A DNA stretch of 63,742 bases, counting the filler, from Collodictyon triciliatum (taxonomy: Eukaryota): assembly GCA_043381765.1 (NCBI GenBank). It is 7 parts of 7 records of this genome, joined end to end, with 100 filler letters (N's around TTAATTAATTAA, not from the genome) between each part and the next. Parts side by side here need not be neighbours in the genome. Positions count along the whole stretch, not along the records: positions 20,894 to 31,264 come from JBHJMP010002703.1; positions 31,365 to 39,599 come from JBHJMP010002704.1; positions 39,700 to 56,427 come from JBHJMP010002706.1; 4 more parts are not named here. One strand, given 5' to 3'. Below the pieces are notes generated by a model. The model saw nothing but the letters and a program-made list of their open reading frames with translations, was not told the origin of the DNA and did not search any database. Shown piece after piece: positions 24,801-42,800 of the stretch. Numbering within the stretch: the stretch's first letter is position 1; each line of letters opens with the position of its first letter. Made by a program: the position numbers and the translations under genes.

Positions 24801-27800
24801 TAATTCCATGTGTATTTGTTTTTCTTTTTCTTGTTCTAGTTGCCTAAGAAAATTGATTTTTAACATTCTTTCATGCTCTACTTGTTTCATACATTCAATT
24901 TCTACTGTTCTTTGTCGCTGGATTAAAGCTTCTTTTATCCTGCATTTTTCCATGTCCAAAGCAATCTGGAGCTTTCTTTCTTCATTTCTTGCCTTTAATG
25001 ATTCCATTTCATCTCTCTTTTCTTGTTCCTCTTGCAATTCTATTTTTCTAAACGATGCAATATCTTGCTGAATTTGCATGAATTTATTTCGCCTTTGTTG
25101 ATTTAAGGATTCCATTTCGGACTGAATTTTCAGCACCCTTTCTTGATTTTCTCTTTTAAAAACTTCAATTTCTTTTTTTCCAATAATCTCCTGTTGCTTA
25201 AGAGCATCAATCTCTAAGAAAAGATGATCTTCTATGTGTCTTTCCTGTTCATTTAATAATTCTATTTCAAATTCAGTATTTTTTTCTTTTTCTTGAGTCA
25301 GCTTTTCTATGGTTTCCATTTCGATTCTCTTTTCTTGCTCTCTAAACTTAAGATATTGAATTTCCGTCCATTCTTGTTTCTCTTTTTCCTCGTCAAGTTT
25401 ACGTATGGATTCGTAATATTTCTCTTTTTGCATTATTTCATGCGAAATGGAATCAATTTCAGCTGTTATTTGTTTTTGTTTCAGTCTATTGTGTACTAGT
25501 ACCATTTCACCAGCTTGTTTGGTTTCATTTATCTGTTTTTTGATGCTTTCCAATTCCGATTTCATTTGATTTTCTTTACTTTTAATTTTTAAAAGTAGAT
25601 GTTCAACTACCAAACTGATTCCTCTAATGTGCTCTTGCTCTCTTTCCTGTAAAACTTTCATCTCTGCGAGTTTTTCAATCTCATCTCTGGTGCATTCCGT
25701 TTCTAATGCCTCGAGCTCCATCTCCATTTTTTGTTCTCTCTCGATTTTTTTGAGATTTTTGTTTTCAATTTGTGCTTGAATTTGGGTTTCCCTATCACAA
25801 TCTTGCTTTATTAAAACTTCCATCTCTAGTTTTCGTCCTTTTTCAACTTCTAAAAGCTCCGTGACCTCTAATAGCATTTGATTTTCTACCTCTTGATATT
25901 TCCTCCTTAAAGCTTCTAGCTCAATCAATTCCTGGTGTTCCATCAATTCTTTTTGCTTCCTGATATCATCGACTTCTTGCTGCTTTTTTCTTTCTTCAGA
26001 TTTGAAATACTCTATTTCCATGACCAAGTTTTCAATTTTTTCTTTCTCTTCTTTCTTTAAAATTTCAATTTCCATAAAAACGGCTTCCTCTTCTTCATCT
26101 TTTCTTTTTTCCATGGCTTGAATTTCTTTGATAATTTCAAATTGTCTATGCTTCATAGAGTCAACATCCGTTTGTAATTGGCGTTGGTTTTCTTCAATTT
26201 TCTTTTTTATATTCTCGCATTCTTGGTTATATGTTTCTGTTTCAAGGTTTAATTGCTGCTCTTTTACTTCTCTTTCACATTTCAACGATTCCATTTCTTT
26301 TTTTCTCTGATATTGTATCAGCTTTACTCCTTCAAGCTGCATATCTAGTATTTCGTGTTGTTCTTTTTCTTGCTCCTTTAAAGCTTCGATTTCTTGATTG
26401 ATTGTTTGATTAAATCGGTTTGAACTTTCTGTTTGTTGGAGAAGATGATGATTTCTATCTTGATCTTGCTTCTGCAAATTTTCCATATATTGTATCCATC
26501 GTTGTTTTGCCTGCATCTCAAGTTCTTGTAGGGCTTCTATTTCTCTTTTTGTTTCAATTTCAACCATATTTTTCTGTATTTTCAAATTTTCTAGTTCATG
26601 TTTATTCTCTCTCTCTGTTTGTTCGAGACGCATTTCCAGTTTTTTGAATTCTATTTGTCGTTCCTGTTCAGCGTACCTTAGAGATTCAATTTCTGAAGAT
26701 AAATATTGTTCTCTTTCCAGTTTTTGAACTCTAATATTTTCAATTTCCTTTTTATATTCATTTTGTTTATCTTTCAAAATACGGAAATCTCTCAACAGGT
26801 TTTCAAAACTTTCGTGACGGAATGCGTCAGATATCGGGGGTACCTGGTCTCTTAATTTGCTCTCTTCTTTTGCATATTCCATTTTTTCTCCTTTAACTGC
26901 CTCTTTTTGTAATCTATCAGAATTAAAATAATATATATTCGATTGAACTTCATCGTCTACTTCTTCGCCTTCATCACCCAAATATTCAGCCTCTCTGATT
27001 CTCTCACTCTCTTCATCCTCGATGCCGTTATTTTTGACGATCTTTTCATCTAATATGTATGAATTGCCCTGTATTTCGTATTCTTTTGTTTGAATTGTCC
27101 TATTTTCTTCCTTATTCTCATGCTCAAGATCTGTAAATAGTTCTTTAAAATTGTATGGAACATATTCTGCTTCAGTTTCATCCTTATCGAGTCTAAAATG
27201 TGGTGGGATATTTTCAATAATTTTTGAAGAATAGCTGGATATATCAGATTCTACTTTGGATCTGTTTAAATCGATAATAGGGTAAAATTCTAGGACTGCC
27301 GGATTTATCTCTTCATCTTTGCAATAAATATTGTCTCTTCGATTATCCAAAATAGGCTCTAGTGGGTCTTCTTGTGGGTCTTCTTGTTGGTCTTCTTGTT
27401 GTTCTTCTTGTTGGTCTTCTTGTTGGTCTTCTTGTTGGTCTTCTTGTTGGTCTTCTTGTTGGTCTTCTTGTTGGTCTTCTTGTTGGTTTTCTTGTTGGTT
27501 TTCTTGTTGGTTTTCTTTTATTATAAATTTTTCCCTCAAAAGTTTAATTTCATCGTTTCGCTCCTCAACTATCCTCCTTCTTTCAGTCAATTCGTGTTCC
27601 ATGTGATCCAGCATCTTCTGCTTCTCTCGCATCTCCTCCAATTCATTCTGATACTGTTCATCATTTGCTTGTATCCTCTCTTCTATAAATTGGACTTTTC
27701 TTTTTTGAGCTATTTCGCTATCTAGCCATTCTTGTTTGAGTCTTTCGATTTCTGGAGGTTCAACATGCCAGTCGTTGATGTGAACTTGATATTCTTGCTC

Positions 27801-30800
27801 TTTCCCATTAACTAGCTGTCTGGACTTGTCCAAATAAGTTCGATTGTATTCATCAATTTCTTCTTTATCTAAAGAAATTAACTGAATCTCTACCTTTTCT
27901 TCTTTCTCATCTGATTCTATAAACTCTGTTTTTTTGTGTGCCTCGAAGCTTTCTAAAGGCACATTTGATTCATTTTCGTCAGTGGTTGTTTGGATATTTT
28001 GTAAAATTTGCCTACTTAATGGTTCTGTCACTAAAACAGATGATGGAAACTCATCTGAATTTCTGTCGCTATGAGCGTTATCTTGGATATTATCATAGTT
28101 TGGATTTTTTTGTGAGCTTTCATGTAATATCAATGCTTGCTCTTTTACTTTTTCTACTTTCGCATGTTTTTCGACATTTTCTTCACTTAATTCATCTTGC
28201 AGTTGGTGAACTATTGAAGGACCTTCTCCGGAGATACTGTTTACTTTTTTATGCAGAACTTTCTTTTCTACCTTTCTACCAAAGTACCGTCGCATGAAAC
28301 CCTCATTTTTTTTCTTCGCGGGTGTTCTGACATCCGTTTTCCCATCGTGAAAAAAGGTTGGTTTCCTGAATCTGTCATTTTCATCCGAATTACTTTCTTC
28401 ATCGAATATTTCATTTAGAAAGTCATCCAAATCTCTTCTTGGTATCTGCACATTTTCTAATGGATTATCCTCAAAACCGATGGTAGTTTCATCAATTTTC
28501 GATCCCAATACCTATGTGTCAGCTTATTTTAGTCCAACTCTGAAACTATGAAGCCTTTGAATGATTCCAGGATCAATTTTTAATAAATTTTTGTTGAAAA
28601 ATACAAAACAGAAAAATTGTGATCAATATATCTATACGAGTGCATGTTCGTAGAAGTGCAGACGTCCAAGTGTCTCGGCAACAGGCTTTCCATTATGATA
28701 TTCTCCAGTGTTAGTCCAACAGGGAAGTGATGTGATTCCAATAGGTGCTCTTTTAATTGAGATACTTCCATCGAAACATCTTACACCAAGCATCATCAAG
28801 TTCTTTAGGACTGTTATTCCCGGACATAATTCCTCTATCTGTATATTTATTAATTTCCTAATTTATTTTCTATTTATTTTTGTATATATTCACTTATTCT
28901 TGCATTTATGGTTGATTTTTAGAATAAATCATAGGCGTATTATTAAACATCTTGAATTAGATAATCTTACAGGATTTTCGCAAATGTCCAAATAGGTCAG
29001 CTTTGTGACCTTGGAGATATCATCAGGGAATCCTGTGACAAAATTTCTCGAAATGTCAAGCCCTTTTAGCCTAACTAATTTAGAAATATCTCTAGGTAAT
29101 GATGTGATTTCATTTCTAGATACATTTAAACGAATTAGTTTTGATAGCTCCATAAGCTCTCGTGGCAAAGAAGAAATCTTATTTTTTGAGATGGTAAAGT
29201 ATTTCAGCTTTGAAAGGGCAGATATTGTATGCGGTAATGACGTGATAGAATTATCATGTGCATTCAGATCGTTCAACTTGGTCAATTTCGATAGTTCAAC
29301 GGGTAGAGAATACAAATTTCTTCCAGATAGGACTACAAACTCCAACGTTTGCATTTGATGCTTACTTGGCGCCCACCCCGGAGTTAAAATACTATCATCT
29401 ACGTAAGTCTAAATGCAAATTAATTAACACCGTGATCGATATTTTGAATCGAATAAAGGAGAAAAACGATAATTGACTATAGAAATTTAAAATAAAATAC
29501 TAACAGGGTCATAGATTTCTAATCTCCTTAAAGCTTCAGAAAATGTTCTCTTCCACACTATCTCGCCAATCGAGTCAGGTTTTGAGTCGTTGTACCATAC
29601 TGGTAATGAGGACATTCCTTTGGGTATTCTCACAGTTTTAGAATTTCCTTCTGGGTCTTCTAACAGCAGAAGTTTTAACTTTTTCAGATGTGTAATTTGG
29701 TTCGGCAATGCGATAACCTATTAAATGTATTTTGTGTTTTTTTTTGTTTTTAGTGATATTATTTTCCTTTGAATTATGTACTTTTTGCATATTTTCTGTC
29801 GTCTGCGCAAGCAATACTACATTGTGTTGATGGTTAATCTTTTTTGAAATTTACTTACGTCATTGTTTCTAATGCTAAATGCTGTAAGCTGTACAAGACT
29901 CGATATCCAGGTGGGAATTTCAGATATGTAGTTGTTTCTTATATTCAATAATACCATTTTAGTAAGAGCCGACATACCTGTTGGGAGGGAACTGATATAG
30001 TTTTCAGAAATATTGAGAACATTTAGGCTTATTAAACACGATATATGCTCTGGAATAGTTTTCAATTTGTTGGTATCCAAGCGAACTAAAGTGAGACTGA
30101 TCAATCGAGATATATCATTTGGTATCGTGCTTATACAGTTTCGATTCAGCATTAAAACAACCAGGCTTGATGATTTACATATTTCCTTGGGTACTTCAGC
30201 CAATTTATTTCCATCAAGCTGGAGATATGTCAATCGATCAAGCATTGATGCATTTTCTGCTATATTTGTAATTAGATTTTCTGATGCACTAATGCTCTCC
30301 AAGGCAGTCATGTGTGAAACACCTGAAGGTATGGACATCATTTTGTTGAAGTTAAGCTGAATAGTCTTGATATTTTTCAGGAGAAGTATGCCTTGGGGCA
30401 CTGTCGTAAAGTAGTTATTTGTAACATCTAAATTGCGCAATTCTTGAAAGTTGGAAAATTCCGCTGGTACTTCAGACAGTCTGTTGCCATGTATTTGAAT
30501 GCATGACAGATTTGTTAACAACGAAATATCTCGCGGTATTGACGTGATCAAGTTGTTAGAGATCGAAAGTATCTGTAGAGCAAAAAGTGTGGATAACCCA
30601 GTTGGTAAAGAAACGATTTTGTTTTCATCCAGGTGCACTGCTGTTAGGTTCGTCAAAATTGAAATAGAACTAGGTATAACTGTTATATGATTCCTGCTAA
30701 AGTCAAACAACCTTAAAAAAATTAAGGATGATATTCCGTCTGGGATTGATTCGATTAAATTTTGATTTATGCGAAGATGCGTTAGGCTTGTCAGTTGCAG

Positions 30801-31067
30801 AATCGCTGGACGTATGGTAGAGATTTGGTTCCTGTCAAGATATAGAGTATGAAGGCATTCTAGTAAGGTAAACCACTCAGGGACAATGGAGACCATATTC
30901 TCACTCGCTTTTAGCACCTTCAAATGTGATAATAGAGAAACTCCATCTGGAACTGTAGTTAGATGTTTTTTATCTAAATTAAGCGATGTGCATTTTGCAA
31001 TGGGCTGGTTGAAGGGCTCCCATGATGCACCTATGTGCCTGATTTCCCTGGAAATCTCGTTACCCAT
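21874..31067 (-). CDS. Very large LRR-LRR-coiled-coil-pseudokinase protein with N-myristoylation motif (6 exons, roughly 2900 aa)
   Basis: Start MGNEIS at 31067. Exons 31067-29859, 29717-about 29501, about 29398-28970, 28838-about 28638, 28511-23000 and 22904-21874 join in phase by GT-AG, fusing the LRR ORFs, the 1877-aa E/K/Q-rich ORF and the kinase ORF (LVKK, HENII, HGSLKPEN, DFG, YTAPE, DVYSFG). Confidence 0.85.
27355..27515 (-). repeat. Coding 12-bp tandem repeat encoding (QQEN/QQED)n
   Basis: tcttgttggtct units inside the long coiled-coil exon. Confidence 0.9.
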
Positions 31068-31364
31068 GATAACCAAAGTCTCTTTGGTTTGCTACTCGAA
31101 AGATGGCTTGATATATGTGTAACGTTTATTTTCTAGCTTCAAACTAATGCAAGGAATTGATTCAGCGGTTTTGTTGTTTTTTTTTGTTGTTTTTTGTTGT
31201 TTTTTGTTTTTTTTTGTTGTTTTTTGTTGTTTTTATGTTTTTTTGTTTTTTTGTTTTTTTGTTTNNNNNNNNNNNNNNNNNNNNNNNNNNNNNNNNNNNN
31301 NNNNNNNNTTAATTAATTAANNNNNNNNNNNNNNNNNNNNNNNNNNNNNNNNNNNNNNNNNNNN

Positions 31365-31423
<59 letters not shown>

Positions 31424-31942
31424 AAAAAACAAAAAAAAAAGAATACCAAGGATAAATGTTGATATAAAACAAAGATAACGCAAACATAAAGCAACTGTGC
31501 GCTCAACAATAAAAAAAATCATAAAAAAATTGATGAAACAAGAAAGGGAGAGTACTTCGTGTCTTTCTCCTATTCTTCTAGGAAGATAAGAGACCAATCA
31601 TGCGCCCATCCAGCTTTTTTTTTTTTTTAAAAAAAAAAAAAACGTTTATGGGTTTGCTCGACCTCCATACTCAGGAGAAAATATAACGAGCATGTAAATA
31701 TAAATGATAATTATGGTATCATCATATGACAACGACAACAAAATTAAAATCAGCAAATAATTACGACAAAAGACATGTCAAACTTCATTAAAAAAAAATA
31801 TCTAAAGGAAAACAAACGAGAAAAAGAAACGAAAAATAAATGTAGGAAAAAAGAATACAAGGAAGATTCGTCTAGATTTTTAAAAAGACTTCGCCCCAAT
31901 ACCCTATCCAATATTATACATATCAAGTCCGCGCAGATCGGG

Positions 31943-37780
<5,838 letters not shown>

Positions 37781-38354
37781 GCGTCTATTTGATTTATATC
37801 CTTTCTCGCCTCTTTACTTTTGGTGTGAAAGTATGTTTACAGGGAGGAAGGATTCCTGATTATGATTTGAATAAATCTAATGCTAAGCAACCTGCAAGGA
37901 TTAAAAATATTTAAGCTCGCCCTGACTTTGTTTTTTCCCTTTGGAATTACACAAAAATAAGATGGCGAGTTAGATTTTACTCTAAAATATATTTTCGGTT
38001 TTTTTTTTCCTTAACTGTTTAGGAGTGACATGAATTATCACCGAAGGGTTTCTTCTTTGGCCATATTCATTTCCTTACCTACTTACGAAAGTGCATTATG
38101 AAAGGTGGAAATGAGATGATGATGCTTTTTGAATAAGTCTCACCGATTCCCTCCAGCGCTATGGTCAGGCCGCGGCTTCTTTATTTTTTCTCTTCCTTTC
38201 TTTTCTTCTCATTCTAGCCACTCATCAGTAAGATTGCATTCATACATCATAACCACCCCTTCGGACAATAGTCAAGGTTGACAAATTATGAAGACATGTT
38301 ATTCTAGATACATTTATTCATTTAAAACCCCCATGGTCTTGCACAAATTGAAAG

Positions 38355-38414
<60 letters not shown>

Positions 38415-39044
38415 GGTACATTTATCTTAATCATTCATTCATTCTCCTACGCCGTTTGCTGAAGAAAATTAGAGACAAGCCGTGGGCATGTCATAGTGCT
38501 CATTGAGGCTCCATCCTACAGAGTATCGAGCATCCAATCTTTGTTTCGGCATCACGATGGAAGCATCATTCTAACAAGGGGAATCTGCCTATAATTGCCT
38601 GCGTATTCCTTCTTTGGTGTGTCAAATTTATGTTCCTGGTTGGTTTGAGTGCGACTCTATAAATGCGTGGTTGTAGGGATGAAAAATGTACTTTGAGTTG
38701 GTATTTATTAAGATAATTAGATTAGATAAATAAACTTAATTTAATATTGATTATTGACAGATAAAAAAAAAAAGGAAATAAGACATTGCGCCCTTGAAGA
38801 AAAAAGAAAGAACAGTGAAATCATTCTCACTTTGTTGGTGTTCCTCACGTTGTTTTAATCGTGAGATGGTTTCGCTCTATGAAAAGGAAAAAACGAAGAG
38901 AAGAAAAAAGGATAAGGTCTTGAAGTAAATATATGGAAAAATGAAAAACATAATAGGATTATCACCCGCGTCGCACAAACTAAAAGGAAGAATAAAAAAA
39001 ATTCATAAAGTTCTTTGTGCTAAGTAGTTTATCTGATAGTCTGA

Positions 39045-39517
39045 ATGACGAGCATGGACTTTGTCTTGAATCAATTGCCGTATGAAATTTTACTTGACGC
39101 TTCAAAGAGAGTGCTTCATGCAATCGGCCCAGAACTGAAAGACGGCTCTGCTGCGAATCAAATACGACAGATTTTAGTCTTTGCTCAAGTTTCTCGGATT
39201 TTTCGAAGGATTGCCACGGAGGAAAGTCTCTGGGGAATAATTAAAGTGTTTTTTTTCTGTCCACTCGCCCATTATTCATTCAAAATATTTTAATTGTATT
39301 AATATGATAAAAGTGGAGGATTTTCACTTTGGTGTTTCTTGAGAAAAAAAAAAAGAAATCATTATGAAATATGTAACAAACCAATAAAGGGGTTCGCTTA
39401 ATTGCTAAAAATCACAGGGCTTCCCAATCAACAAGACAACTATCCCCCTCCTTTTTTCATCATATCCCATCTATCGGATCCCATTGACAGCCTTGACAAT
39501 TGATGTTGATGGAAAAG
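39045..39517 (+). CDS. F-box protein, 5' fragment truncated by gap
   Basis: LNQLPYEILL...LVFAQVSRIFRRIATEESLW matches the F-box pattern (LP.EIL...VSR.FR.I.....LW). A second exon ends at a GT donor at 39517. Confidence 0.55.
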
Positions 39518-39881
39518 GTAACCCCCCCCCCCCCCCCCCCCCTCCTTTCTCAAAAAAAAAACAACACATTTTTTTTTTTTTTTTCCCCCCAAAAACTTTN
39601 NNNNNNNNNNNNNNNNNNNNNNNNNNNNNNNNNNNNNNNNNNNTTAATTAATTAANNNNNNNNNNNNNNNNNNNNNNNNNNNNNNNNNNNNNNNNNNNNC
39701 AAAACAAAACAAAACAAAACAAAACAAAACAAAACAAAACAAAACAAAACAAAACAAAACAAAACAAAACAAAACAAAACAAAACAAAACAAAACAAAAC
39801 AATTTTTTTATGAATTCTAACATTCTTGCTATCTTCATGAATTAAATATGTTTTTTTTTGAAAATCATTATCTTACTTTAG

Positions 39882-42800
39882 ATCGATAAGATTGATGGAC
39901 TTTCACTATGCACCAACCTGACCTCTTTGAATTTGTAATGTTCACCAATATACATCCCAAACTTAAACTAATCTTTTAGATCGTTTATTTTAAATCATGA
40001 AACTCATCTCGTTGGACTATTCCACTATATTTCCTTCTCATATTTAATATTTTGGGTTCAAAAATGAAGGTCTAGCAATAAAATTGTAAAGATTGAGAAT
40101 CTATCGAAGCTTTTACTTTTGGAGAATTTATGGCTGCATGAGAACTGTAATGAAAATCCTTCAAGTTCTTAAATCCTGATTCACCCTTCCTTTTTGAACC
40201 ATTTCCTCATATGAAAATAAAAACTGGCATTGCAATCGTGACTTCACTTACGAATTATACATACTTTCATACTTGGTTACTGCAGATATTGAAAAAATTG
40301 AAGGGCTTGAGTGTCTCGTGCGACTTAAACTGTTGTGGCTTGCTGGGAATAGAATATCAAAGATAGGAAACTCTCTTCTAAAGAACACAGAGTTGGAGGT
40401 ACTCGCTGATTAGTTTTTGGAGCTTGTTTTAACATCAGCAAAACGATCCAGATGATTCTATGCATTTAATTTTTCTCTGCAAAATAATAATAAATTGTAG
40501 TCTTTGAACATGGCTGGAAATTCTATCTGCCGTTTCCACGATATCCAATGCCTTGTGCATTTACCAAAGCTTCTGAAACTGTCTTTCTATCACCCGTCCT
40601 TTGGCTCCAATCCAATATGCGATTTAAATAACTACCATACATATGCTGTCTACCACATGAAGACACTAACGCAGTTTGATGGTGTTATTGTGAATGAAGA
40701 GTCCAGATCACTTGCGGAGACAACTTACCTGCGAAAGAGAATGTATTTTTAATATCAAATATATGTCACTTTTCTCCTTTAAACAAACAAAGAAAAAAAA
40801 GCTAACAAATAGATAAATAATACCTTGAAGATTGAGAAACCCGAAAGTTGTAGATTTATCTTTATTCGGTACAAAGCTCACAACCCTATTTTTTTTCCAT
40901 TCTGGAATACAGGTATTATAACATGCGTATGAAAATTTTGAAGAGGACAATAGCAGGAAATATGCAGCAACTTTCGATCGATTTCGCAAACTACGAGAAA
41001 GATTTCGATGAGGTTGGTATATTCCATCCTGAATTTTTTTTTTTTTTTTTACAATTTTATTTTCCATCAGAGATTCTAATAAAATATTAATAAAAAAATG
41101 GGATTATCATAGCGCCTTCACCCTTTACTAAAACAAGAGAAGGAGTTAAAGTACCTTTTGGACCGAAGAAAAGCTGGCCAAATTTGTCACTTTGGCCTGG
41201 AAACAGAAATTAACGATGATGTCATTACTAAGATTTATTTCACTGTGTTTTCTTTACATATGTATTTTTTTTTAATTGGAATCACGCCACTTTCTGATAA
41301 AACTCATCTATTTATGTAAACAGGAAATATCTGACTTGGTCGATGAAAAGTACGAGGCAGTGAATGCAGTAATAGATCATAAAACCCGCTTTTGGAAAGA
41401 AAATTCACGAAAATTACTGCGCTACAAAACCGAGCTGGCCAGTATGAAAGAAAGTTTGATAAGGTAACGACATGGTCATGTTTAAATGTTTGCATATTTT
41501 TCCACCAGAGTGCTTCGTTAATTATATTCAGGTGATTCTTGCGATGGAATTTATATAAAAGGAATATGTAGATTTTCGTGCTACTGATTAACTAGTAAAA
41601 GAAATCAAAGAAATGAGATACAATTCGATTATTTGCCACTCCTAAGGCCATCTTATGTATATACAGGAGGTTTTCCATCGAACTTGAGACTGGTGGGAAC
41701 GTCAAGATTGAGGAAGGGACGCCACAGGATGCATGGGTCGGCTCTTGTTTCGACCTTTTGCGCAGTCGTTTTTTTCCTCCAGAGTTTCATCAGTTAAATA
41801 TTGAGAGCTTTATGATCAGAAAAATCTACCGAGTTCAATCACGCTTTTTGCGGACAAAATTCGATGTGTGTGACTGCTGAAATTATTCGATCTGTAAATT
41901 AATTATTAATTTCATGCCCTTCGTGGTGATAGAAAAATGACGATAAGCCATCTAATACTTGATGAATAAAGTATCGCCTATTTTCTTTGTATATCTTAGG
42001 CTGCACTCGAGACAAATATCGAGCCAGCCGATCAAAACAGCAAGCGACATACTGAGTATTTGTTCCAATCTTTACCGTCGTCGAATATCGGAGATTGGAT
42101 ATCGATTCTTGAGGAAGGCCCTTCTGCTAACCAAGTCACCAATATGCTAATATTACAAACATATATCATGAAACACATACGCAATTCCTTTCCTTTCATA
42201 TACCAAAATTGTCTTTTAAATGACAAATCAAAACTTGGCTAACCCTGGAATTTATGAAACCTGTTTCTTATTACATGACTGTATACATCTAAGTAAACAT
42301 AATCATTAGAATTCTGATGAAGACGAAGGTACCCGACTTCAAAACAGTATGAATGGTTTGGATGTTGAAGACCTCAGACAAATCAATTGTATGTCCGATT
42401 ACTCTTAAAATTTTCCTTCTATTTGCATTTTATTGCTCTATTACTCAAATTGAATAAAAAAAAATTCTCACTGATAATAAAACCGATATTCATTTACCCG
42501 CTGCCGTGAATTCGCCCTAATTTTCTATCAAAGTCGAAGACAGGTAATTGTGCGAAATAGCTGATAGACAATTTCCTTTAATGTCATGAGAAATAACACA
42601 TCGAAAAGATACATAATGATTTCAACTTTTTGCCATATGGTATATTCAGAATTACTCCTCGATTTCTGGTGATGAATCGAGTAATCCTGTCTAAAGTCAC
42701 TGGCGAAAGACGACCTGGACGTCCATCCTCCGCTCGAAGTACTGTTTTATATTCAATGATGAAATAATCACCTTTTTCCCTTCCTGGTGTTGGTTCAGAG

